Origin: Amphiscolops sp. MND2022
Lineage: Eukaryota
NCBI GenBank assembly: GCA_964187785.1
Contig: OZ076409.1
Coordinates: 80,724,001 to 80,788,000, forward strand
Direction: 5' to 3'
DNA length: 64,000 nt
Shown here: positions 25,261 to 37,342 of the stretch, one piece after another
Layout: every line of letters starts with the position of its first letter
Numbering within the stretch: position 1 is the first letter of the stretch
The notes under the pieces: generated by a model
What the model was told of the DNA's origin: nothing
The model's database searches: none
Seen by the model: the letters and a program-made list of their open reading frames with translations, nothing else
Position numbers and translations under genes: made by a program

Positions 25261-27167
25261 TATCAATCAGTTGTATGGGTGGAAGTTCTGGGGGCTCGCA
25301 CTTTTATTGAAAAATCATGTTCCTTACTCAAGATTTAATCAACTCGAAGAAACCTCTGTAGATTATGTTGTTTTGACTGTTACGCTGGGCGGTATCAACT
25401 TAGTTGTGTCTACTGCATATGTCAGACCCGATGACTTCGAGGGTTTGAGAAAAACAATAAAAGTTATAGAGTTGCAAAACGTATGTTGTCAAAATTTGCC
25501 TGAATGAAGCTCTTTTCTTTGGTGACCTCAAGGCAAGGAATACCTTTTGGGGAAACAAATCGTGTAACTTGTTAGGTGAGGAAGTAGTTCAAATAGCCGA
25601 CCACTTCTGCATTCTCAATGATGGTGAGAATACGTTTTTGGAAGCAAATGACTCCAGTGTTATCGATCTTTGCATCTGTTAAGAGCCTTTGTTCGATAGA
25701 TGTAAACACTCTATGTCTACGAACGAATTTGCAGAGCTGTTCACCGGTGCTCCACTGAGGGGTCATGGTCCTGTTGTTATGAGATTGAAACGTAGTAGCA
25801 TCACTGAGAAAACCAAGAAATAATGGATTGCAAAAGCTGATTGCGTGGGTTGGACTTCTTTCATTGAGGGCCGAACAGATGATCTCATGGTTGTTGGGGA
25901 CGACCCTGTTTTTCCCTGGAACAAGTTCAATCTTCATGAAGCTTCCTTTGGTCACATACCCCTCAAATATGTTTCATATCATAGCAAACCGTTTTAGAAC
26001 TCAGACTTGACAGATGCAAGCAATTAGCTTCAATGTTTACTCGAAAAGTTCAAGTACAAATCGATTTTTGAAAACAGCTAAAGGCAGCGAAGGAACGTTC
26101 CAAAATTCTACTCAGCAAACGAGTAACTGAATGGATGGAAAACTATTTGTCATCGCTTGTGTATAAAAGAGGAAAAGTGTTTTGGTCTTCTTACAAAACC
26201 TTACTCAACACTAAACATGAAGAAGTTGGTCTAATACGCAGTAAGGAAGGAAGGCTTTTATATGCTCAAGAGGAAATTAGCAAAGAATTTGAAACTAGGT
26301 TCTTCGGAGGAGAACATCTGAAAAAGCAAGTTTTTATCGATGCAACACAACAGCGAGTAGAAGCCAAAATATACCAAGCACATGATGATACTGAACATGA
26401 TAATGATGTACTTCGTGATGGAATTAGTATCGATGAAATGAAGAATGACAATTTGAAACCAAGCAACACTAAATCTTTTGATATTGATGGTCTCCATGTG
26501 ACAATGATAAAGAATTCGGGCACTTGAGCTTTTTTATGTTGAATATTTTCAATGCTCGCTGGGAATATCATGTGTGGCCATGGACGGAGTCACGAGTCGT
26601 CCTAATACGCAATCCAAACAAAGAGATGTGATGAATGCTCTTCATATCGACCACTCTCAGTCTCCCGTTATATCGGCAAAAAGCTGGAAAGAATACTTAA
26701 CACTCGAAGCAAAGCACATTTCGATGTGAATGGACTGTTTGGGGACGAACAGGAGGGTTTCAGATTGGAAAGAAACACCACTCGATCGCTCTACAGACTA
26801 CATCAGATGCACGAAAATGACAAACGTTCACGTTTGCCGACGTCTCCGCTTAACATTGACCTCGAACATACTTTCGATTGCGTGTGCGTGGACGGTATTC
26901 TCTTTACACTGTTGGAACACAGTAATTCTGGCAAAAGGTATCGGATAATAAAATCGTTTCCAAAAACCAGAGTCGCTTTCATCGAATTGAATGGATACCA
27001 ATCTCCGTTCCAGATTTACATTGGTGTTCCACAGAGGGAAGTGTGTTGTCGCCATTGCTCTTCATCATCTTCCTAAACAACTTCCTCAATAATCAAGCAC
27101 ACAAATTCAAGTTTGCAGACGATAGTTCTGTCATGTCACTGGCAAAGATACGCAAGAATTATGTGCC
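25260..27167 (+). pseudogene. LINE-B2: decayed APE-RT, 3'-truncated just after FADD
   Basis: GLALLLK, VSTAYVRP, FFGDL APE motifs, then RT motifs. Confidence 0.88.
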
Positions 27168-28880
27168 TAATTTCTGAATCAGAATGTCGTGAGGTCTGTG
27201 TCGAAGGCTTTGGCAAAGTCAAGATATAAATGAGCTAGCTGGTTTGTTTCTACTTTGTCATAGGGTACAAATAATCGGTCAAGTAACAGTAACAATTGGA
27301 TTGTCGCTGATAGCTGTTTCCGGATGCCGAATTGACTTTCGTGTAGTCTATCTTCGGTATGCTTGTATATGCTGTCAAATATGTTATTTTCCAGTAGTTT
27401 TGCGCAGCAGCATAGTAAACTGTTGGGTCTGTAGCAATTTACGTCAGCCTTGTTGCCTTCGTTGAATATAGGCGTAGCTTGAGAGAGTTTCCATGTCTCT
27501 GGAAAAAAGCCGTTGTTGACACAGGTTTGGAAGATGAGAGTTAACGACTTACTGAGAGTACTGTTTCATTTCTTTGGGACAAGATTTCCAATTTTCTCAT
27601 GATTATGGATTTGTTCACAATTAGATGCTCCATGATGTCACTGATTTGATTTTGAGTGACTTTGAGTTGGTTCAGAGGTACTGTCATTTTCATTTCTCAA
27701 TTTTCATTTCACTTTCGCCAAACACTGACGAAGTAATTGTTGAAAAGTTCGCGTTTCTTATTACCATTGGTTGAGGCATTTGAGCCGTTTCTCCCAGTAG
27801 GCGCAATAGTTGGTGTTTTGCGGACACATTGCAGATACTTTTGAATTTGACCGGAAACTTTTGTTTTGAGGACCTTGGTTTCGAATTGGGATAGATCTTC
27901 TTCAGACTCTTCCAAGATTTCTTTCTCCATTTTCTTTATCTTCAAGAGCTGTTTCAAGTCTTCAGTTGGTTTCTTTTTGATTAATTCCAACTTCTTGATG
28001 AGATGGGATGTGGGGCTTCTAATCCAGGATGGGAGATTCCTTCTACGATCGGTTACTCTCGGTACGAATTTGTTGATTTTTTTCCCATAGCCAAGCGAAC
28101 CATTGCCCGACAATTTCGTTCACACTACTGTTGCAGAACGAGAGAAAGGTTGCGTTTTAATCGAATGGTTCAGACCATCCTGACCAACTCGACTGAAAGC
28201 GTTTTGACTTCTTTTAGAATTTTGCAATTTGCATTCGGAGATATTGACCAGAATACAAGTCACTTGCTTATGGTTTGAGAAACAATTTGATATCATTTTT
28301 ATCAGTGGCTCGTCATTGTGGCATGAGACTATGAGTTCAGGGTTTTCACGTAGCATTACTCTAGAGTTGGATTTTCATAGAAATCTGAGGAAGCGAGTGT
28401 TTTCGAGTTCCTCTGAGAAAAGTTGATATCACCAGCTATGATTATGTCACAGCGATTTGATTCAGTAGCAAGTTTGAGATAGGAAATCTCCTCCAGGAGA
28501 CCCGATAGCTCGTCGTGTGTCCATTGATGAACACTGAGGAATGGTGCATTGTAGATACAACATAGGATGAGAGTGGTTTCTTTTAGCTCGATCTTTACTA
28601 CAATGTATTCAGTTTTTGGGCATTTCATGGGTATCGATTCGTGAGGCAATTAGATTGCTAACAGCGATGAGTACACCCCCATTTTTCATTTTTCTGGATT
28701 CTGTGACAATTCGGTCAATTCTCTATACTTCGTAGTTTTCAAAGAAAATCGATGCATTCGCAACATCTTTAGTCAACTAGATCTCACAGAGACAGATCAG
28801 GTCAAAGCTCGAGTTGAGCATGCAAATTGGATCTCGTTTGGGAAATGGGTGAACAATTGGTATGAGATATCACGGTTCTA
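27165..28880 (-). pseudogene. LINE-E: decayed CR1-like APE-RT, truncated after DFAKAFD
   Basis: FDLICLCE, CCIYNAP, IIIAGDINF APE motifs; RT N-terminal motifs. Confidence 0.87.
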
Positions 28881-29443
28881 AATTACCTTGCACCCAGTTG
28901 CTTGAATCAAGGCTCTTTGGGCAACCCTGAAACACCGGCTCTGATCTCAAGAAGGTTGCGAAATGTCAACAATCGAATGACAACGGAATTACAGGGTTGA
29001 TTTGGATTCTGGACGTTTCAGTGACAGACGTTTCGGCGACAATATGGCCACGGACGTTTCGGCAACAGAGTGTCGCCAAAACGTCCTTTAAAAAGCTAAA
29101 AACGTTCGCTCTGGAAGCGAAAAAATAATGTGGGCGGCGATTCCAAATAACAAACCAATTATTTGCCCAAATACCATTGAATTGGGTTAATTTTAGACCC
29201 GAATACAAATGCCAAATAAAAAAAATGAAAACCCAAATACCAAATACAAATACCAAATGCATGTTACTTTTGTCACAAAAACTGTTTCAGGTTATTGCAG
29301 TGAGAAACGGAGACGAGAGCAACATTATACACACTGGTGATTCTAATTCTGTTTCTTTTGTTACTTTAATCATATTACTTTAATCATTTTTCGACAAATC
29401 TATCGACGATATTAGTCAAAAAATTTGTCAGCGAAATAGTTGT

Positions 29444-29590
29444 TGTCGTGGGGAAAACACTACTTGCAGGGAGTTTCTATTCGATAAGCATTCATCTGAA
29501 GTATACATACAACAATTAGGTTAACATAAAAAACACAACGACATTATATAACAGTAATAATAACTACATATATATTTTACATTCATAACA
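29444..29590 (-). repeat. LTR1 (147 bp, TGTTATG...CACGACA)
   Basis: TG...CA ends; preceded on the minus strand by PPT GCAGGAAGGAG. Confidence 0.92.
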
Positions 29591-29612
29591 CTCCTTCCTG
29601 CTTCGAAAGTCT

Positions 29613-32299
29613 CTAGTTCATAGCCGACACAAAGTCGTCCAGGTATGTAAGTGGTTTCCTGTCCCTAGTCGAGCGTCGCAAGGTGGCAGCGGGAGAGTCC
29701 GGGCTGAATTGATATTCCTTCACTGGTTCCACAGATTTAGGTGGTTCACCTTCGGTTCTGATGTCAGGACCCGATGTTCCGATGTCTACATCGGACTCCT
29801 TGTCTTCGTATTGACCTCCAGGTTGTGAGGTCGTTCCTTCATTGTCAATATCCAGCGGTCGTCGAGAGAGGTCACTTGTAGAAACAGTGTCAGCTCGCCC
29901 ATCGCCAAAGGAGACCCGTGCAAGGTGAGGGGAGATGACTTCGGATATCTGTACAGGCACAACTGGAGCTTGGTCTTTCGCGCTTACAAATTTCCGGAGG
30001 TACGCTGGAGCGTCTGCTCTGAGCCAAGGTGCGCTACTGGAGGGACGCATCAGCGGCTCGCTGCGTTTGAAACAGAAGAAGCGATCATGGGGGCTCTCCT
30101 TGGTGACGGTATTGATAAGTGTCCCAATCGACGAGAGCGCTGATGGTAGGACACTTTCCCAGTCAGTTAGTGGGCGGTTTGTGGAGTGTAGCAGGCACTG
30201 AGGGTGGCCATTGCCCTGAAGGTGGCCATTGCCCTGAGAGTGGCCATCGCCCTGAGGGTAGTATGGCGTAGTTTTGGAGGTCGCAACTCCATTTTAGCTG
30301 CAGAAGTTTTGGAATTCCGATGAGACGAACTGTGTTCCCCGGTCAAAGTGAATGAACCCAGGTGTTCCGAAGATGGCGAAACGTGCTGAAAGACACTTGA
30401 TAACGCTACTAGACGTGATGTTCCGGAGAGGGAAGGCGAAGCGAAACCTACTAAACTTATCCACAACTGTGAGAAGGTATTGCTTTTGGTTTCTAGTCAT
30501 TGGTTTGGGGCCAACGATGTCGATTGATAGTCGCTCTCAAGGTTGGAAAGATCGGATAATAAGATCGCTGCCGGGGGTCGCAAAAAGCGCGGTTTCCATA
30601 GAGCGCACGTTTTGCAGTTCTCGGTAACCCTTTTCGCCTCATCTAAAGATATTGGGACTTTGTGTCTTTGAATGTATTCGTACAGTCGGGTCACTCCTAG
30701 ATGCGCAAGTGTCTCGTGTAGGGTTTTGCAGCTGGGCTGTAGGGACGCTAATCGAGACAGGGCGTCAGCTGACACGTTCTGACAACCTCTCTGGTAGCTT
30801 ATCTCGAAGTTGTATTCTGAAAGTTCCAGGCGCCAGCGAATCAGTTTGTCATTCTTTACTCTGGAAGAGTTGGGTCCAAATATGAAAGAGAGGGCCTTTT
30901 GGTCGGTGCGAACTAGAACCCGTGACGTCCGTAACAGGTCTGAGAAACGACGGAAGCCTTCCAAGATAGCCATAGCTTCCCGTTCAACCACCGAGTACAC
31001 CATTTCGCTATGTTTCAGAGTTCTCGAGAAGAAACCGACAGGTTTGTCGCTTTGAGTGAGTGTCGCTCAGATACCGGTTCCGGATGCATCGGTTTGGAGA
31101 ACGAGAGGTTCGTATGCCCGGGGCAGCCAGAGTACGGCAGAGGCAACTTCTTTCTTGAGAGTTGCGATAGCCAGCCGAGAAGCTTGATTGAGCGGAAAGG
31201 CCAGTTGTTTCTGTGCTGCGAACAGAGGAGCAACCTTATTTGAGTAGTCTGCAATCCACTTTGCGTTGTACGCAAAGATCCCAAGAAGTCGTTTCAACTG
31301 TGACGAGTTTTCGGGGATAGGGAAGTCTATCAGTGTCTTGATTCGGCTCGGATCGGGGCGTTTAGACCCAGCTCCCATGATGTGATCGAGCATTGGTACT
31401 GTCTTACAGCCAAAACGCACTTAGCTTTGTTCAGCGTTCATCGCCGGCAAATTTGAGGCTGACATTCAGAGTGGCAGGGGATATGCCAGTAGTGCACAAA
31501 ACGGCTGCAGTCTCGGGTTCATCATCAGATGACTGTTGTAAGACAGCAGCGGTCGATCTACATACCGAAGCACAGTGTCCTGCTTTCGAGCATTTGTGAC
31601 AAGTGTCCTTTTTGGCTGGGCACTTTGAGCGTGGGTGCTGTTTTAAACCGCAGAACTGACAGCGCGGACAAGGCTTGTTCGAAACCTGTTGGGCAGCGGA
31701 GTAGCCGGGTTGATCAGGTTGCCGTCGAGTTGTCTGGGAGAACGGCTTGGTTGCTGCTACATTTGAAGATTCGGCACTTCTGAAAGATTTGGAAAAATCA
31801 CTGGATAGTTCGATAGCACAAGCAAGCGATATGCAGCTATCAATGTCGGCCTTGGAGTCTTCCAGTTCCAATAGTCTTGCCTGAATGTCGTCAGACCTGA
31901 GCGCCCTGATATTAAAGCGTCTCGTACTAGATAGTCTTTATGTGCTTGGACGGTCAAGCTGGTGCATTCGCAGTCTTCAACAAGACGTTTCAGCCTTCCT
32001 GGAAATTGTACAATAGATTCGTCGTCTTTTTGACTGGCACTGAGCATTTGATGACGGGCAAAGGGCACTCTCGTGGGCTTCAGAAACTGTCTGTCCAATG
32101 TTCTCAGGGCGTCTGCAAACGTTGCAGAGCTTTCGAGGAGAGTGAAATAGTCGCAGCCGACAAATGTACGAAGAAAAACTAATTTTTCAGCATCTTCGGT
32201 TGTGCCATTTATGCGTAAGCCGTCCTCGAAACATTTCTTTCACCATTTCCACTACTCGGGAGACGGATTTGATGACATGTCGGGTGGTTTGAACTTCAT
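29613..32299 (-). pseudogene. Copy A: gag fused by deletion to end of RT, RNase H and integrase (protease and most of RT missing)
   Basis: gag ends ...KFAG at ~31445 and joins LNKAKCVFG; VLQTDAS, YSVVEREAMAI, LLTVVDKFSRF, HFDRGTQF present. Confidence 0.9.
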
Positions 32300-32335
32300 G
32301 GGCGTCAGAAGAGGGAATACAGCGCATAGACAATT

Positions 32336-32544
32336 GCAACGAGGAACTTAAGATTGTACCGTTGTATCAGAATCAGGCGATAGCTACGAGAAACTTGAGA
32401 AAGTACCGTAGTAGCGGAATTTTCGTTAGCTACGAGGAACTTATGGAAGTACCGTAGTAGCGGAATGGTCGATAGCTACGAGGAACTTAAGGAAGTACCG
32501 TAGTAGCAGAATAGCCAGTAGCCAAACGAAGGTACCGTAGTAGC
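32336..32544. repeat. ~46-bp tandem repeats in the 5' leader of copy A
   Basis: GCTACGAGGAACTT...AAGTACCGTAGTAGC units start at 32336, 32383, 32429, 32475, plus a partial unit. Confidence 0.9.
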
Positions 32545-32644
32545 TTAAACAGGAAAGTCGCTTACCTGAAGACAAGTCCAGCTTACGTGACTTAGCGCGG
32601 GCAGGCGCAATGACCCCGAGGGCACTCGTATGTTCGGGGGTGAC

Positions 32645-32777
32645 CACTACTTGCAGGAAGTTTCTATTCGATAAGCATTCATCTGAAGTTTACATACAAC
32701 AATTAGGTTAACATGAATAACACAACGACATTATATAACAGTATTAATAACTACATATATATTTTACATTCATAACA
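32645..32777 (-). repeat. LTR2, shared between copies A and B, with its 3' tip deleted
   Basis: Matches LTR1 but lacks the terminal ~16 bp and fuses to the PBS through a 2-bp microhomology. Confidence 0.88.
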
Positions 32778-32799
32778 CTCCTTCCCGCTTCGAAAGTCT

Positions 32800-35472
32800 C
32801 TAGTTCATAGCCGACACAAAGTCGCCCAGGTATGTAGGTGGTTTCCTGTTCCTAGCCGAGCGTCGCAAGGTGGCAGCGGGAGAGTCCGGGCTGAATTGAT
32901 ATTCCTTCACTGGTTCCACAGATTTAGGTGGTTCACCTTCGGTTCTGATGTCAGGACCCGATGTTCCGATGTCTACATCGGACTCCTTGTCTTCGTATTG
33001 ACCTCCAGGTTGTGAGGTCGTTCCTTCATTGTCAATATCCAGCGGTCGTAGAGAGAGGTCACTTGTAGAAACAGTGTCAGCTCGCCCATCGCCAAAGGAG
33101 ACTCGTTCAAGGTAAGGGGAGATGACTTCGGATATCTGTACAGGCACAACTGGAGGTACGCGGGAGCGTCTGCTCTGAGCCAAGGTGCGCTACTGGAGAG
33201 ACGGATCAGCGGCTCGCCGCGTTTGGAACAGAAGAAGCGATCATGAGGGCTCTCCTTGGTGACGGTGTTGATAAGTTTCCGAATCGACAAGAGCGCTGAT
33301 GGTAGGACACTTTCCCAGTCTGTTAGTGGGCGGTTTGTGGAGTGTAGCAGGCACTGAACAGCTTTCCACACAATTTCGTTGTAGCGCTCGTTTTGGCCAT
33401 TGCCCTGAGGGTGGTAGTTTTGGAGGTCGCAACTCCATTTTGGCGGCAGAAGTTTTGGAATTCCAATGAGACGAACTGCGTGCCAAGTCTGCAATCCACT
33501 TTGCGTTGTACGCAAAGAACCCAAGAAGGCGTTTCAACTGTGACGAGTTTTCGGGGATAAGGAAGTCCATCAGTGTCTTGATTCGGCTCGGATCAGGGCG
33601 TTTAGACCCAGCTCCCACGATGTGACCGAGCATTGGTACTGTCTTACAGCCAAAAACGCACTTAGCTTTGTTCAGCGTCAAACCTTAAATCTCGGCCGCT
33701 TTCAGGAAGTTCTTCAGATTTTCTTGATGTACCTCCACGGATCTGCCTCCGATGATCACATCGTCAAGATATGGGTGCGTTCGCTTCAGGTTGTGCCGGC
33801 GTACAAAGGCTGTCATTTCTCGTTGAAATGCAGCTACAGCGTTTGTGACGCCAAAGGGAAGTCTAGTGAACTCAAAAAGTACTTCCGTTCACTTCAAACG
33901 CAATGAATGACATGTCCTTGCAATGGAGTGGGATTTGATGATACGCAGACTTCAAACCGATTTTCGAAAAAGTAGTGTTCTCTGCTGCTTGGTCAAGCAG
34001 GTCTTGCATATTTGGAAAGGGAAGGCATCCTTGGACGTATGACGAATAATTGTCTGAGAATAGTCGATCACCATCCGTGGCTTGGGTCCGTCCCTAACGA
34101 CAAAGGCTTGAGCCCGCCAGGGAGACGTGGAAACTTGAATTATGCCTTCAGCGAGCATTCGGTTAACCTCTGACACCATGAAGGCGACGTCTTGCGGTTT
34201 GTGACGACGCGATTTTGTAGCAATCGGTTTGGCACTCAAACTGTTTTGGAAAGTATGGTCGGAGGGGCAATTTTCATCGCGGGAACTTCACTTCCTTAAA
34301 CCCGGCAGATCTAACCGTCCCTGGTCGATCACCGCCTAATTCCAGTCTCACAGAGTGATGTTTTCGGAGAACGTCAAGCCCGACAATAACATCCGCAACG
34401 AGGTGTTTTGCGACAGTAAAGAGTACTTGGTAGGTCTTTTGGTTTACCTCAATTTTAGCTTTAGCGGTGCCTGACGTAATCAAGGAGTCGCCATTTGCCA
34501 AGGCAGTGACCTTGCGCTTCGCGCGGACATTCAGGCCATATTTGGCAGCTGTTGAGGCGCTGATAAAAGAGCCCGTGGACCCGGTATCAATCATTGCTTG
34601 AACTTGTTCATTGCTTCCGGCAAATTTGAGGCTGACATTCAGAGTGGCAGGGGATATGCCAGTAGTGCACAAAATGGCTGCAGTCTCGGGTTCATCATCA
34701 GATGACTGTTGTAAGACAGCAGCGGTCGATCTACATACCGAAGCACAGTGTCCTGCTTTCGAGCATTTGTGACAAGTGTCTTCTTTGGCTGGGCACTTTG
34801 AGCGTGGGTGCTGTTTTAAACCGCAGAACTGACAGCGCGGACAAGGCTTGTTCGAAACCTGTTGGGCAGCGGAGTAGCCGGGTTGATCAGGTTGCCGTCG
34901 AGTTGTCTGGGAGAACGGCTTGGTTGCTGCTACATTTGAAGATTCGGCACTTCTGAAAGATTTGGAAAAATCACTGGATAGTTCGATAGCACAAGCAAGC
35001 GATATGCAGCTATCAATGTCGTCCTTGGAGTCTTCCAGTTCCAATAGTCTTGCCTGAATGTCGTCAGACCTGAGCGCCCTGATATTAAAGCGTCTCGTAC
35101 TAGATAGTCTTTATGTGCTTGGACGGTCAAGCTGGTGCATTCGCAGTCTTCAACAAGACGTTTCAGCCTTCCTGGAAATTGTACAATAGATTCGTCGTCT
35201 TTTTGACTGGCACTGAGCATTTGATGACGGGCAAAGGGCACTCTCGTGGGCTTCAGAAACTGTCTGTCCAATGTTCTCAGGGCGTCTGCAAACGTTGCAG
35301 AGCTTTCGAGGAGAGTGAAATAGTCGGAGCCGACAAATGTACGAAGAAAAACTAATTTGTCAGCATCTTCGGTTGTGCCATTTATGCGTAAGCCGTCCTC
35401 GAAACATTTCTTTCACCTTTTCCACTACTCGGGAGACGGATTTGATGACAAGTCGGGTGGTTTGAACTTCAT
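32800..35472 (-). pseudogene. Copy B: gag, protease, RT, then deletion of RNase H and the integrase N-terminal part
   Basis: AMIDTGSTGSFI, SPWRAQAF, RMVIDYS, HPYLDDVII present; junction at ~33478-33486 skips ~0.9 kb retained in copy A. Confidence 0.9.
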
Positions 35473-35507
35473 GGGCGTCAGAAGAGGGAATACAGCGTAT
35501 AGATAAT

Positions 35508-35718
35508 TGCTACGAGGAACTTAAGAATGTACCGTTGTAGCAGAATCGGGCGATAGCTACGAGGAACTTGAGAAAGTACCTTAGTAGCAGAATTTTTGTT
35601 AGCTACGAGGAACTTATGGAAGTACCGTAGTAGCGGAATGGTCGATAGCTACGAGGAACTTAAGGAAGTACCGTAGTAGCAGAATAGCCAGTAGCCAAAC
35701 GAAGGTACCGTAGTAGCT
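35508..35718. repeat. ~46-bp tandem repeats in the 5' leader of copy B
   Basis: Same units as 32336-32544. Confidence 0.88.
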
Positions 35719-35867
35719 CAAACAGGAAGGTCGCTTACCTGAAGACAAGTCCAGCTTACGTGACTTAGCGCGGGCAGGCGCAATTACCCCGAGGGCACTC
35801 GTATGTTCGGAGGTGACCTTGTCGATTGTTGTGTGTATACTTCAGATGAATGCTTATCGAATAGAAC

Positions 35868-36003
35868 TGTCGTGGGGGAAAACACTACTTGTAGAAGTTT
35901 CTACTCGATAAGCATTCATCTGAAGTATACATACAACAATTAGGTTAATATAAATATCATATAACAGTATTAATAACTACATATATATTTTACATTCATC
36001 ACA
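35868..36003 (-). repeat. LTR3 (136 bp), shared between copy B and fragment C
   Basis: TG...CA ends; PPT adjacent at 36004-36014. Confidence 0.9.
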
Positions 36004-36700
36004 CTCCTTCCCGCTTCGAAAGTTCATAGCCGACACAAAGTCGCCCAGGTATGTAGGTGGTTTCCTGTTCCTAGCCGAGCGTCACAAGGTGGCAGCGGGA
36101 GAGTCCGGGCTGAATTGAGATTCCTTTACTGGTTCCAAAGATTTAGGTGGTCCACCTTCGGTTCTGATGTCAGGACCCGATGTTCCGATGTCTACATCGG
36201 CCTCCTTGTCTTCGTATTGACCTCCAGGTTGTGAGGTCGTTCCTTCATTGTCAATATCCGGCGGTCGTCGAGAGAGGTGACTTGTAAAAACAGTTTCAGC
36301 TCGCCCATTGCCAAAGGAGACCTGTGCAAGGTGAGGGGAGATGACTTCGGATATCTGTACAGGCACAACTGGAGCTTGGTCTTTCGCCCTTACAAATTTC
36401 CGGAGGTACGCGGGAGCGTCTGCTCTGAGTCAAGGTGCGCAATTGGAGGGACGGATCAGCGGCTCACCGCGTTTGAAACAGAAGAAGCGATCATGAGGGC
36501 TCTCCTTGGTGACGGTATTAAAAAGTGTCCGAATCGACGAGAGCGCTGATGGTAGGACACTTTCCCAGTCAGTTAGTGGGCGGTTTGTGGAGTGTAGCAG
36601 GCACTGAACAGCTTTCCACACAATTTTGTTGTAGCGCTCGTTTTGGCCATTGCCCTGAGGGTGGTAGGGCGTAGTTTTGGAGGTCGCAACTCCATTTTGG
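36004..36700 (-). pseudogene. Fragment C: integrase C-terminal part and PPT
   Basis: TTPYHPQGNGQNERYN...ESPHDRFF; paralogous to 29591-30300. Confidence 0.88.
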
Positions 36701-37130
36701 CGACAAATTGTCCTGGACCCAACCCGAATACCAGGCAAATAGTAGATTTTGAGTAATACAAATACCAAATACAAATACTGGTGAAGGTTGAGACCCAAAT
36801 ACCAAACCCAAATAGTAACGAACCAAATAAACAAATAACAAAAACTTGCTGACCACTTTATTGGAATCCCTGAATGTGGGGCATATGCTGTGTATGCACG
36901 CTCGGCCTCACCGTCGCAAAGACCAGCTCCCAACACGATCGCTTCGCGATCTCCGTTCTCGCTAGGTCTTTGCTCCTATTCGTCCTAGCTCAGCGAGATG
37001 GGAAGGAGTGTACGCCTTTGATCTAATTGCTTGGGTCTAATGGAGTTAGATCTAACTGTTAGGTCTAACTTTCAGATCTACTTTTATCTGAAATACTTAG
37101 GTCTAACCCCTTTATGATCTAGTATGTGTT

Positions 37131-37342
37131 CTGAAAGCGAAAATATAACGTGGGGCATATGCGATGTATGCACGCTCGCCCTCACCGTCGCAAAAACCAG
37201 CTCCCACTGCGATCGCTTCGCGATCTCTGTTCCCGCTAGGTCTTTGTTCCTGTTCGACCTCGCTCAGCAAGATGGGAATATAAGCGGCCCCAAGGGGCAG
37301 CGGGGCACCAGAGGAAATGAGGACATATCCGAGGCACGTTTT
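37131..37342 (+). repeat. ~210-bp GC-rich dispersed repeat R1
   Basis: Other copies at 29110-29134 + 36881-37005 (split by the MITE), 37505-37580 (partial) and 38413-38625 (inverted). Confidence 0.8.

Larger units (their letters stand above)
29444..36700 (-). mobile_element. Tandem array of a short-LTR Ty3/Gypsy element (Mag-like): three LTRs, two deleted internal copies and one integrase fragment
   Basis: LTRs at 29444-29590, 32645-32777, 35868-36003; PPT GCRGGAAGGAG; PBS-like TGGTCACC; gag with two CCHC knuckles; protease DTGS; RT YLDD; RNase H TDAS; integrase. Confidence 0.92.
29135..36872. mobile_element. hAT-type MITE, second insertion, split by the Gypsy array; pieces 29135-29443 and 36701-36872
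   Basis: Reverse-complement match to 7021-7093 + 9930-10361; right end GGAATCCCTG; perfect 8-bp TSD AATGTGGG (29127-29134 / 36873-36880). Confidence 0.88.

Noticed and set aside
30196-30258. Three 18-bp repeats giving RAMATL repeats in an ORF
   Set aside because: Local slippage lesion in the dead integrase of copy A, read in a non-native frame; absent from copies B and C.
32336-32544. Repeat-plus-variable-linker pattern resembling a CRISPR array
   Set aside because: Linkers are ~13 bp and related to each other, there are no cas genes, and it lies in a retrotransposon leader in eukaryotic DNA.
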